64,000 nucleotides of DNA from Acidimicrobiaceae bacterium (GTDB lineage: Bacteria; Actinomycetota; Acidimicrobiia; Acidimicrobiales; JACDCH01): the NCBI GenBank assembly GCA_041166745.1, contig JBEEGH010000013.1:66453-130452 (forward strand), in the 5' to 3' direction. Within the stretch, counting starts at the first letter, position 1. Each line of letters starts with the position of its first letter. The notes under the pieces were generated by a model. That model was not told the DNA's origin, ran no database searches, and saw only the letters and a list, made by a program, of their open reading frames with translations. The position numbers and the translations under genes were made by a program. Shown in pieces: positions 7,397 through 16,447 of this stretch.

Positions 7397-9799
7397 CTAA
7401 GCGTCGACGGGTTCGAGCAGGGTGATGAGACCGGCGGAGGCACGGCGGCGGGCCCACGCGCCGACGTACGGATCGTCGGTGAGGTAGATGAGCTGAGTCG
7501 TCTCGCCGAGGCGGCGGAGCATGTCGAGGAGCTCCCACTTGCGGTCGGCGGCGATCCGCAGGAACGGCTCGTCGAGTACGACCGGCACTGCCTCGTCCTG
7601 CGGGCCGCAATGGCCCGCCCGGGTGAGATGAGCCAGCAGGTACTGCTGCACGTCGGCCACCTGGGCAATCGTGGTCCCCGCGTGTTCGTTGTCGACCTGC
7701 GCCTCGAGCGAAGCGACACGACGCTCCATCGCGCTGTGCCGATCGACCAGGCGGTCGACGTCGATGACCTCGTCGCGCTCGGCTTCGAGCAGCGCTCGGA
7801 CCTCGACTTGGCGAGCGACGAGCTCGTCGAGGTTCGGTCCATCGGCATCGGACGGCTGAACGGTGGCCCACTCCGGACGACGCAGGCGCCTGGCGTCGTT
7901 CTGCAAGCGGGTGAGGTCCTCTTCGATCTCGGTGCGCGGCCGCGCCCGGGTGCGGGCATCCGTGCGTTCGGCCGCGCGTTCGACGGCCCAGTCGAGAGCG
8001 CCGGCGCGGGCATCGAGCGTGCCGTCGCGGAAGCCGAGCTGGTGCAACAAGTCGTCGAGACGGTTGGCCAGCTTCTCTTCCTCGGCCTCGGCCTCCTCGA
8101 GCGTCTCCTGCTCGCGGGCCAGGCGGCCGAGTTCGACCTGCTCGAGCACGAGGCGCTCCAGATGTACCGCGTCGGATGTCTCCACGGTCAGGTCGTCGAG
8201 TCCGAACGTCGCGCACGCTCCCACGAGCGCGGCGCGAGCACGCGACACTGCGGGCTCGGCTCGATCGCTCAGCTCGCGACGCAGTGAATCGAGTTCGCCG
8301 GCCGTGTGGCCGAGGTGGCTGAGTGCACTCGCGTAGGCCCGAACCTCTGACTCGATCTGCAGCGCACTGTCGACGGAGACGGAACCGGCGACCTCACGCC
8401 AACGCGCCAGTGCGGCGCGGTGATCGTCGGCCACCGACTCCAGGCGGTCGTGGGCATCGAGCGTCATCGAGGCTTCGACCCTGCGGATGTGGAACGCGAG
8501 GTACGTCGGTGTGCCGGCATCCGCGAGCGCCCTGGACTCCAGCTTGCGAGCCGTGACCAGTTGGCGCAACGGGCGTCCGATACCCATGTATGCACCGACG
8601 GTCGCGGCCGTCAGCATGCCGAGTGCCACGAATGGGCTGACCGGAGCGAAGACGATGCTGGCCACGGCCACGACCCCAGCACCGGCGATGGCGGGGACGC
8701 GTCGACGGTCATTGAGTGCCTCGAGCTCGTCGACCACGCGGTGTGTGTCTTCGATACGCGAGATCACGTCGCGTGTACTTGCATCGACGCCTTGCGGATC
8801 GGGACTCGCGGACGAAAGTCCTCCGAGAGCGACTTGCTCGCGGGAGAGCGCGACACCACATTCGGTCACTCCGGCTGCGGCGGCCCACAGGTCGGCTTGG
8901 TTCACGGTTGCAAGATCGACGACCCGAGGGTCAGACGGCTCAGGCAGTTTCGACGTCGCCAGCTCTCGCAGGCGTGCATCCAGCCGATCGCGCTCGCGGC
9001 GGGTGTCCTGCAGCTCGGCGAGAAGGTTGTGCAGATTGCTCGGCGCGTCGTCGGGGAACCAACGGACCGCCGCCAGCTGCACGGGGTCCAGCCGTTCCGC
9101 CGGGGAGTGACACACGAGTCGGGTCACGAGCGCGGCCGCCGCCTGCCAACGGGCGGCGAGTTGACGGGCTTCCTCCGCGGAATCGAGGAGGTGCTGATCG
9201 TTCTCCGCCCCGGTGTTGCCACTTTGGAGCGCAGCCGCCTCGGCTCGTACGCGTTCGAGGTCTGCGAGCACGCCGGCGTATTCGCGGCGGGCGGTGCCGT
9301 CCTCGGTCAACCGAATCTGCGCAGCGATGGTGGCCAGCTCGTCGCGAAGCCGATCCTTCTGGCCGCGGCCGGCCGTCGCGGCTTCGATCTCCTCGGTCAG
9401 TGCTTGCAGCGTGGCCCGGGCCTCAGCCAGCTCGGGGTGGTCGTCGGAGCGAGCCCGGCTCGGTGTCAGTCCGAGATCGCCCGCTTGCACCAGCACCAAC
9501 GCACGAAGGGCATCGGCGGTCGGCGCGACCGTGCCGACCAACGGCAGCGCAGGGGTGTCGTCGTCCAAGTAGCGGCAGGCGGCGGTGCCTCCCGTGGACA
9601 CGATCTCCACCGGGCGACCGGTGCGATCCTTGAAGGTGAGGACCGTGTTCTCGGCGTGGCCGGTCAACGCTCCGACAAGACTGTCGGCCAGTGCCTGACG
9701 CTCGAGCATGCCGATTCCGGAGAGCACCGTGAGGTGCTCGTGAAAACGAACCTGGAACTCGTCGCCAGGAATGCGTAATACGAGGTCTTCCAAGCGCAT
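7397..9799 (-). CDS. YhaN/SMC-like coiled-coil protein with degenerate Walker A and a central membrane hairpin
   Basis: ORF 7397..9865. I prefer ATG 9799 (MRLEDLVLRIPG...) because GGAGGAG lies 9 nt upstream. The N-terminal fold pattern LTVLSGIGMLERQ lacks GK[ST]. The protein has long E/R/A/L-rich coiled-coil stretches and a hydrophobic region VPAIAGAGVVAVASIVFAPVSPFVALGMLTAATVGAYMGIG. The C-terminus has the Walker B/D-loop-like VPVVLDEPFLRIAADRKW. Confidence 0.6.
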   Translation of the reverse strand: MRLEDLVLRIPGDEFQVRFHEHLTVLSGIGMLERQALADSLVGALTGHAENTVLTFKDRTGRPVEIVSTGGTAACRYLDDDTPALPLVGTVAPTADALRALVLVQAGDLGLTPSRARSDDHPELAEARATLQALTEEIEAATAGRGQKDRLRDELATIAAQIRLTEDGTARREYAGVLADLERVRAEAAALQSGNTGAENDQHLLDSAEEARQLAARWQAAAALVTRLVCHSPAERLDPVQLAAVRWFPDDAPSNLHNLLAELQDTRRERDRLDARLRELATSKLPEPSDPRVVDLATVNQADLWAAAAGVTECGVALSREQVALGGLSSASPDPQGVDASTRDVISRIEDTHRVVDELEALNDRRRVPAIAGAGVVAVASIVFAPVSPFVALGMLTAATVGAYMGIGRPLRQLVTARKLESRALADAGTPTYLAFHIRRVEASMTLDAHDRLESVADDHRAALARWREVAGSVSVDSALQIESEVRAYASALSHLGHTAGELDSLRRELSDRAEPAVSRARAALVGACATFGLDDLTVETSDAVHLERLVLEQVELGRLAREQETLEEAEAEEEKLANRLDDLLHQLGFRDGTLDARAGALDWAVERAAERTDARTRARPRTEIEEDLTRLQNDARRLRRPEWATVQPSDADGPNLDELVARQVEVRALLEAERDEVIDVDRLVDRHSAMERRVASLEAQVDNEHAGTTIAQVADVQQYLLAHLTRAGHCGPQDEAVPVVLDEPFLRIAADRKWELLDMLRRLGETTQLIYLTDDPYVGAWARRRASAGLITLLEPVDA

Positions 9800-9943
9800 T
9801 GGTGCGCTCTCCTCCAAATAGCCGGGTCTGGGTGCGTTGGGTAGGTCGTGACCCATGGCGAACATCGGCGTCCTGGCGGCCGCGCTGTAGCCAATACTCA
9901 GCGTGAGGTCTCATCTTCGATCGCTGGCGACCGATCACGAAGG

Positions 9944-11617
9944 GTGGCGTTTGGGACCACCATCGAGTCGCGCGCCGTTGGCGATCGGATCCGATCTGCG
10001 GGTCCCGCCTTCAGGCTCGTCGCCGCCGTGGTGCTCGTGACCGCGGCCGTGCTCGTCGACAACGAGCCCCGGTCGTCGCAGATCCGGTTCGGACTCGTGG
10101 TCGCGTTCGGCTGGGCTCCGGTCACGTACGTCCTCGCGCGCGCCGGGCAGCGCGTGCAACACACGGCGGTGAACGTGATTGCGCTCGCCGCAGACCTGTC
10201 GCTGCTCGTGATCGTGCAAGCGTTGTTGTCGCCGCGCCCAGAGGTGTACGTGCTCGTGCACCTCTTGCTCGTCGCGTACTACACCTACCTCGGCGGTCGG
10301 CGTCTCGGTCTCGTTGCCGGAGCGCTCGGCTTCGTCCTCATTGCATTCGTCACGAAGAGCACAGACCACAACTTCGACGGCTTTGCCGTAGCCGCGTACC
10401 CGATCGTGGTCGGTGCACTCGTCTGGTTGCTGGACACGGCTGCGATGGAGCGATGGAAGGCCAGCGATCGCGTCCTTCGTCTGCACGAGAAGTCCGATGC
10501 CATCCTCACTGGTGTCGCCGAGGCGGTGATGGTCACGTCGCCGTACGGACGCATCGCGCAGTGGAACCACGCCGCTGAGCTCACGTTCGGCTGTCCGTTC
10601 GAGCGCGCCCAGGGCAGGACGTGCCAGGACGTGCTCGCGTTGCGCATGGACACGCGCGTGTTGGATTGCAGCATCGGATGCGCGCTGCTCGCCGTGCACG
10701 GCGCGACCGGGACGATGACCGGCAGCGACGTCGAAGTCTGGCGACTGGAGGCGACCGGCGAGCGGCAGCCGTTGCTCGCCACTGCGCTCCCAGTCGTGGA
10801 CCGCGAAGGCGCGGTCGTCGAGGTCGTGCACTCGTTCCGGGACATCACCCGGCTGAAGCAAGCCGACGAGGCAAAGACCTTGTTCCTTGCGACCGCGTCG
10901 CACGAGCTGAAGACACCGCTCACCGTGATCCGCGGGTTCAGTCAGATGCTCGTCCTGCCGGAGAACAAGATGAGTGAGGAGGAGCGTGCCGCGGCGTTGC
11001 GAGCGATCGACGTGCGCGCACGGCAGCTCACGGGCATCGTCGACCGCCTCCTCTTGTCGAGCCGGATCGAATCCGGACACATCGACCTGACGGTCGAAGC
11101 CGTCGACGGTTCACCGATCCTCTTGGAGCAGGTCACCGCGTTGCGGGCCGCGACGGCGCGTGACGTGATCCTCGAGATCGATGAGGCGTTGCCCGACCTG
11201 CTCGTCGATCCGGCGGCGTTCACCACCGTCGTCGACCATCTGCTCGACAACGCGGTGAAGTACTCGCCAGGTGGTGGACCGGTGATCGTCTACGCGTGCG
11301 CGGTCGACGACCACGTGGAGCTGACCGTGAGCGACGAGGGCGTCGGTATGACTCAAGAGCAGGCCGCCCATTGCTTCGATCGCTTCTGGCAGGCCGAGCA
11401 TTCCGACGTTCGTCGCTTCGGGGGTACCGGCATCGGCCTGTACATCGTGCGCTCGCTCGTCGCGGCGATGAACGGCACCATCACCGTTTCGTCGTCTCCC
11501 GGTGAAGGGGCCGCGTTCACGGTCGAACTGTTGCGTGCCGATCGACCCGCAGTGAGCACCGGAACTCCGCGTCAGATCACTGAATCCGCTTGGGAGCAGA
11601 ACGAGCGTCGCCGGTAG
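9944..11617 (+). CDS. Sensor histidine kinase (multi-TM N-terminus, PAS, HisKA, HATPase_c)
   Basis: ORF 9848..11617. The GTG at 9944 avoids overlap with the divergent gene, but the start is uncertain. Motifs present: H-box SHELKTPLTVIRGF, N-box LLDNAVKYSP, G1 DEGVGM, G2 GGTGIGLYIV. The PAS region is FGCPFERAQGRTCQDVLALRMDTRVLDCSIGC. Confidence 0.85.
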   Translation: MAFGTTIESRAVGDRIRSAGPAFRLVAAVVLVTAAVLVDNEPRSSQIRFGLVVAFGWAPVTYVLARAGQRVQHTAVNVIALAADLSLLVIVQALLSPRPEVYVLVHLLLVAYYTYLGGRRLGLVAGALGFVLIAFVTKSTDHNFDGFAVAAYPIVVGALVWLLDTAAMERWKASDRVLRLHEKSDAILTGVAEAVMVTSPYGRIAQWNHAAELTFGCPFERAQGRTCQDVLALRMDTRVLDCSIGCALLAVHGATGTMTGSDVEVWRLEATGERQPLLATALPVVDREGAVVEVVHSFRDITRLKQADEAKTLFLATASHELKTPLTVIRGFSQMLVLPENKMSEEERAAALRAIDVRARQLTGIVDRLLLSSRIESGHIDLTVEAVDGSPILLEQVTALRAATARDVILEIDEALPDLLVDPAAFTTVVDHLLDNAVKYSPGGGPVIVYACAVDDHVELTVSDEGVGMTQEQAAHCFDRFWQAEHSDVRRFGGTGIGLYIVRSLVAAMNGTITVSSSPGEGAAFTVELLRADRPAVSTGTPRQITESAWEQNERRR

Positions 11618-11628
11618 CCTCCTGACCC

Positions 11629-13449
11629 GTGGGTCAAGGCGTCGGCGAGCAGCGCGGATCAGATACGCGTGCTGGTTGGCGCCTCATGGGCCAGGTGCTG
11701 CGGCCGCAGTGGTTCACGATCCTCGTCGGCGTGGTCGTCGGCCTCGGGTGGACAGCAGCCAAGGTGTCCGTCCCTCTGCTGGTGAAGGGAGCCATCGACC
11801 ACGGCATCGAGGCCGACGACTCCCGAGCTCTCTTCCACTGGGCCCTCGCGATCGGCATCGTCGGCCTCTTCCAGGGCATGTTCACGGGTTTGCGACGCTG
11901 GTGGGCGTTCAAGGTGGCGCGCTGGTCGGAGACGACGTTGCGCGATCGGCTCTTCGCGCATCTGCAACGTCTGCACTTCGCTTATCACGACCAGGCGTCG
12001 ACCGGGAACCTCATGAGCCGGGCCAACACCGATCTCAACCAGGTGCAGGCCTTCCTCGTGATGATCCCGTTGACGATGTCGAACGCCGTGACGGTCGCGG
12101 CCGTCACCGTCATCCTCTTCACCATCGACCCTGTGCTCACCGTGCTCGCGCTCGGGAGCCTCCCGCTGCTCAATGTGTTCGCGAAGCGATTCGGCGTCCG
12201 GCTGCATCCCGCCGTGATGGGCATCCAGCAGGAGTCCGCCGAACTGGCGTCGGTCGTCGAGGAGACCGTGTCGGGTGTTCGCGTCGTGAAGGGCTTCGGC
12301 GCTGAAGGCGTGCAGCAGCACCGTTTCCAGTCGGAGGCCGACGACGTCTACGACGAGTCGATGAAGGCGACCCGCGTCCGAGCCGTCTTTCTGCCGGCGC
12401 TCGAGCTGCTGCCCAACATCGGGCTGATTCTCGTGCTCGGCTACGGCGGCCACCAGGTGCTCAACGGCAGCCTCAGCCTGGGTGCGCTCGTCGCCTTCAA
12501 CGTCTACGTGGTGATGCTGATCTGGCCGCTGCGCATGCTGGGGATGATCCTGGCCCAGTCGCAACGGGCGGTCGCGTCGAGCCAGCGGGTGCACGAGGTA
12601 CTCACTGCCGACCCCGAAGTCGTGGATCCGGATCACCCGGAGCGCTTGCCGGCCGCCACCGGAGGCACGCCGACGGGTGAGCTCCGGTTCGAGGGCGTCA
12701 CGTTCAGCTATCCGGGCGGGCCGCAGCGTCCCGTGCTCGAAGGTCTCGATCTCGTCGTCTGCGCCGGCGAGTCCGTCGCGCTCGTCGGCCCAACCGGTTG
12801 CGGCAAGACCACCGTCGCCCGCCTGATCCCACGCTTCTACGACGTCGACGGTGGACGTGTGGTGCTCGACGGCGTCGACGTACGCGATGTCTCACTCCAT
12901 GATCTCCGCCACGCCGTCGGGCTCGTGTTCGAGGACACGTTCCTCTTCAATGACTCGGTCGCCGCCAACATCGCTTTCGCTGAGCCCGACGCGCCGATGG
13001 AGCGCATCGAGGACGCCGCGCGACTGGCCGGGGCTCACGACTTCATCGTCGAGCTTCCCGCCGGCTACGCCACCGAGATCGGTGAGCGGGGATTTTCCCT
13101 GTCGGGCGGACAGCGTCAGCGCATCGCGATCGCACGCGCCATCCTCGCCGACCCACGCGTGCTCATTCTCGACGACGCCACCTCGTCGGTCGACCCCACG
13201 AAGGAGCACGAGATCCGCGACGCGCTCACCGAGGTGATGCGCGGCCGCACGACGATCGTGATCGCGCACCGTCCGGCCACGATCGCGTTGGCGGATCGCG
13301 TGGTACTGCTCGACGAAGGACGCATCGTCGACGAGGGAACGCACGCCCAGCTGTTGCTCACGAGCGAGCACTACCGCGAAGTGCTGGCCTCGGCGATGGC
13401 GGCCCATCCAGACTCGGCGGTCGACGAGGACGAGGAGGTGTCGGTCTAA
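11629..13449 (+). CDS. ABC exporter, fused permease/ATPase (heterodimer subunit with canonical signature and a DD Walker B)
   Basis: 606 aa with six N-terminal hydrophobic segments. Motifs: GPTGCGKTT, LSGGQRQRIAIARA, LILDDATSS. ATG 11686 is an alternative start. Confidence 0.9.
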   Translation: MGQGVGEQRGSDTRAGWRLMGQVLRPQWFTILVGVVVGLGWTAAKVSVPLLVKGAIDHGIEADDSRALFHWALAIGIVGLFQGMFTGLRRWWAFKVARWSETTLRDRLFAHLQRLHFAYHDQASTGNLMSRANTDLNQVQAFLVMIPLTMSNAVTVAAVTVILFTIDPVLTVLALGSLPLLNVFAKRFGVRLHPAVMGIQQESAELASVVEETVSGVRVVKGFGAEGVQQHRFQSEADDVYDESMKATRVRAVFLPALELLPNIGLILVLGYGGHQVLNGSLSLGALVAFNVYVVMLIWPLRMLGMILAQSQRAVASSQRVHEVLTADPEVVDPDHPERLPAATGGTPTGELRFEGVTFSYPGGPQRPVLEGLDLVVCAGESVALVGPTGCGKTTVARLIPRFYDVDGGRVVLDGVDVRDVSLHDLRHAVGLVFEDTFLFNDSVAANIAFAEPDAPMERIEDAARLAGAHDFIVELPAGYATEIGERGFSLSGGQRQRIAIARAILADPRVLILDDATSSVDPTKEHEIRDALTEVMRGRTTIVIAHRPATIALADRVVLLDEGRIVDEGTHAQLLLTSEHYREVLASAMAAHPDSAVDEDEEVSV

Positions 13450-15240
13450 GTGTTCTTCACGTCTGCTGTCGACGAGGAGGACAAGCTCGATCGCAAGAAG
13501 GCCGTACACGTGATGCGGCGTTCGTTCATGATGCTTCGGCCGTACCGGAGGCTGATGCTCGCGGCGTCGGTACTCGTCATCTTGTGGACGTTCACGGTGC
13601 TGGCCGGCCCGTTCCTGGTGAAGTACGCGATCGACAGGGGCATCAAGCGACACGACAGCAGCGCCCTCGATCGCGCCGTGGTCATCTACATCGGTGTCGC
13701 GATTGCGGCGTACTTCATCTACCGCGCGCAGATCGTGCTCATCGGACTCATCGGCGAAGGGTTCCTGCGCGATCTGCGGCTGCGCGTCTTCAATCATCTG
13801 CAGCGTCTTTCGATGCCGTTCTACGACCGCGAGAAGGCCGGCGTGATCGTCAGCCGGATGACGTCCGACGTCGACTCGATGGCCGAGTTGGTGCAGATGG
13901 GCCTGCTCATGTTCGTGAGCAACTCGTTGTTGTTGGTCTTCTCGGTCGTGGTGCTCGGGCTCGTCTCGTGGAAGCTGCTGCTCGTCTGCCTCGTGATGCT
14001 CCCGTTCGTGGTCATCGGCAGCATCAAGTTCCAACGGGATTCGAACAAGGCCTACCTCTTGGTACGCGACCGCATCGGGGCGACGCTGTCGTCACTGCAA
14101 GAAGGGCTCTCCGGTGTCCGGGTCATCCAGGCGTATGCCCGCGAGGACGTCCAAGTCGAGCGGTTCACCAGCACCAGCCGAGACCTCTACGACGCCCACA
14201 TGGACTCGGTTCGGATCTCCGCCTGGTACCTGCCGATCATCGAGTTCTCCGGCGTCGTCACGACGGCTGCGGCCGTCGGCGTCGGCGGCTGGCTCGTGCA
14301 TCGAGGCGACGTCACCATCGGAACGGTGACGTTCTTCCTGCTGACGCTGTCGAACCTGTTCGAGCCGGTGCAGCAACTCTCACAGCTGTTCAACACCGTG
14401 CAGTCGGCGGGCGCAGGGCTCAACAAGCTCTACGAACTGCTCGACACCGACCCTGACGTTCCCGAGAAGCCCGGCGCGGTCGAGTTGCCCCCGTCCGGCC
14501 CGATCGTGGTCGACAACGTGTCGTTCCGATACGCAGACGACGGCCCGTGGGTGCTGCGCGATGTCTCGCTCACGATCACTCCAGGCGAACGACTCGCGCT
14601 TGTCGGCCCGACCGGAGCCGGCAAGTCGACCCTCGCCAAGATCATTGCCCGGCTCTATGACCCCGGCGAGGGTCGAGTCACGTTCGGCGGTGTCGACGTG
14701 CGCGACAGCACGCTCAAGTCGCTCCGCCGGCGCATCTGCGTCGTGCCGCAGGAAGGCTTCCTCTTCAACGGCACGATCCGCGACAACGTTCGTATTGCCA
14801 GAGAGGGCGCCACCGACGCCGAAGTCGACGATGCACTGCGCGCCGTCGGCGTCTTCGACCGGTTCTCACTGTTGCCCGCGGGACTCGAGACCGAGGTCCG
14901 TGAGCGGGGCTCCCGTCTGAGCGCGGGGGAGAAGCAGTTGGTCTCACTCGCCCGCGCCGCGCTGGCCGACCCGGCGTTGCTCGTGCTCGACGAGGCCACG
15001 TCGTCGCTCGACCCGGGCACGGAACTCCTCGTCGAGGAAGCCCTCGAACGGCTGATGGCCGGCCGCACCGTCGTCGTGATCGCGCATCGGTTGTCGACCG
15101 CCGAACGCGCCGACCGCATCGGTGTCGTCGACGCCGGTGGGCTGATCGAGCTCGGCACCCACGGCGAGCTCGTCGATGAGGGCGGTCGTTACGCCGCGCT
15201 GTTCGCGACGTGGTCCGGCCGCATGGAGGTCGCTTCCTAG
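13450..15240 (+). CDS. ABC exporter, fused permease/ATPase (heterodimer subunit with degenerate signature and a DE Walker B)
   Basis: 596 aa. The GTG start directly follows the upstream TAA stop. Motifs: GPTGAGKST, LSAGEKQLVSLARA, LVLDEATSS. Confidence 0.9.
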   Translation: MFFTSAVDEEDKLDRKKAVHVMRRSFMMLRPYRRLMLAASVLVILWTFTVLAGPFLVKYAIDRGIKRHDSSALDRAVVIYIGVAIAAYFIYRAQIVLIGLIGEGFLRDLRLRVFNHLQRLSMPFYDREKAGVIVSRMTSDVDSMAELVQMGLLMFVSNSLLLVFSVVVLGLVSWKLLLVCLVMLPFVVIGSIKFQRDSNKAYLLVRDRIGATLSSLQEGLSGVRVIQAYAREDVQVERFTSTSRDLYDAHMDSVRISAWYLPIIEFSGVVTTAAAVGVGGWLVHRGDVTIGTVTFFLLTLSNLFEPVQQLSQLFNTVQSAGAGLNKLYELLDTDPDVPEKPGAVELPPSGPIVVDNVSFRYADDGPWVLRDVSLTITPGERLALVGPTGAGKSTLAKIIARLYDPGEGRVTFGGVDVRDSTLKSLRRRICVVPQEGFLFNGTIRDNVRIAREGATDAEVDDALRAVGVFDRFSLLPAGLETEVRERGSRLSAGEKQLVSLARAALADPALLVLDEATSSLDPGTELLVEEALERLMAGRTVVVIAHRLSTAERADRIGVVDAGGLIELGTHGELVDEGGRYAALFATWSGRMEVAS

Positions 15241-15923
15241 ATTCCGGAGCGGTACGCCTCGAGTCGGTCGACCAGCTCCTCGGGATGACTGAGCGCCGGC
15301 AGGTGTCCGCTGTCCATCTCGTCGGGAGTGATGCCCAATCGTTCTCGCACCACTCGCCGCTGAAAGTCGGCCGGGAAGAAACGGTCGTCGCGGCAGAGCA
15401 GAAACCTGGTCGTGACGTCAGGCCACGCCTCGAGCGGCCATGGCTTCATGAATGGCGTGCCGGACTGGTCGCGTACGTGCGCCCCCGACTCGACAGCGAT
15501 GTGCGGAGGCACGTCGTGGAGGAAGGTCACCAGCGGGTCGAACTCGCCGTCGGTCGGGCGACCGTCGCGCTCGTCCTGCGCACGCTTGGCGTCCGCGTGA
15601 CCGGTATTGGCCCACCACTCGCCTGGTGATTCGCCGGGCAACGGCACCATCGCCGCGACGAGGATCAGCAAGTCGACCGGCACACGGTGGCACACCAAGG
15701 GAGCCGTGAACCCGCCCATCGACTGGGCCACGAGGATGAGGGCGCTTCGGCCGCCGATGGCGTCCACGACCACGTCGGTGTACTCCGCAAACCCCGCCGA
15801 GTCGTCGTCGACCGGCAGGTCAGGCGCCACGACGTCGTGGCCTCGGGCCTGCAGCTCAGGCACCACGAGGTGCCAGTACCAGGAGTCAGATCCGGCACCG
15901 TGAATCAACACATACGTGGCCAT
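15237..15923 (-). CDS. Alpha/beta hydrolase (esterase-like)
   Basis: C-terminal 229 codons of ORF 15237..16082, starting at ATG 15923 (MATYVLIHGAGSDSWYWHLVVPELQARGHDVVAPDLP). The nucleophile motif is AQSMGG. Confidence 0.8.
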   Translation of the reverse strand: MATYVLIHGAGSDSWYWHLVVPELQARGHDVVAPDLPVDDDSAGFAEYTDVVVDAIGGRSALILVAQSMGGFTAPLVCHRVPVDLLILVAAMVPLPGESPGEWWANTGHADAKRAQDERDGRPTDGEFDPLVTFLHDVPPHIAVESGAHVRDQSGTPFMKPWPLEAWPDVTTRFLLCRDDRFFPADFQRRVVRERLGITPDEMDSGHLPALSHPEELVDRLEAYRSGI

Positions 15924-15949
15924 CGCTCGATCCTTCCTCCGCGGTCGAA

Positions 15950-16360
15950 TTGTCGTCTTTGTTCGGTTCGACAGGTCTCGAAGCGCTCGCTGCTGAATCG
16001 TTGATGATGAGGCGAAACGACGCGGCGCCTGGAACTGCCGTCGATGCTGCCACGCCTCGGGTGCTCGTCGGTCTCGAGCCACTCGGCTCGGACGTTCTGG
16101 TCGAGGGCGAGATTCGCGAGCTCCGGGCCGACGAGCTCGTCGTGGCGACCCCGTCGCTGCTGGCCACCGGCTCCCGTGCCTTCATCGTCATCGACGACCC
16201 GGGGCAGCTTCCGATCGTGGGACTGGTCGTGATCCTCAGCCAGCGAGTGGTGATCGACGACGTCGTCGTCGAGTCACAGGCCCGGTTTGTTCACTTGACC
16301 GACGAGAACGCCGACCGGCTCGCCGTCTTGGCCGAGAAGCTCGATCGTCGAGCGGTCTGA
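15950..16360 (+). CDS. Hypothetical small protein (beta-rich, weakly PilZ-like; not a SufR)
   Basis: 136 aa with good G/C3 bias. No HTH and no canonical PilZ RxxxR/DxSxxG motifs. The start is uncertain (ATG 16004 is possible). It sits where actinobacterial suf operons usually carry sufR. Confidence 0.5.
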   Translation: MSSLFGSTGLEALAAESLMMRRNDAAPGTAVDAATPRVLVGLEPLGSDVLVEGEIRELRADELVVATPSLLATGSRAFIVIDDPGQLPIVGLVVILSQRVVIDDVVVESQARFVHLTDENADRLAVLAEKLDRRAV

Positions 16361-16410
16361 CGCTTCTCCTGGCACGGGACCGGGTGAGGCTCGATGAATC
16401 CCGACAAAGG

Positions 16411-16447
16411 TTGTTCCTACGCGCGTAGGGGAAATAGCCTGTAGCTC
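16411..16447 (+). promoter_or_regulatory. Candidate sufB promoter with a perfect 14-bp palindrome in the spacer
   Basis: The elements are TTGTTC (16411-16416), the palindrome CCTACGCGCGTAGG (16416-16429), TAGCCT (16435-16440, a TANNNT -10 type), then 7 nt to the sufB ATG at 16448. Confidence 0.45.
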
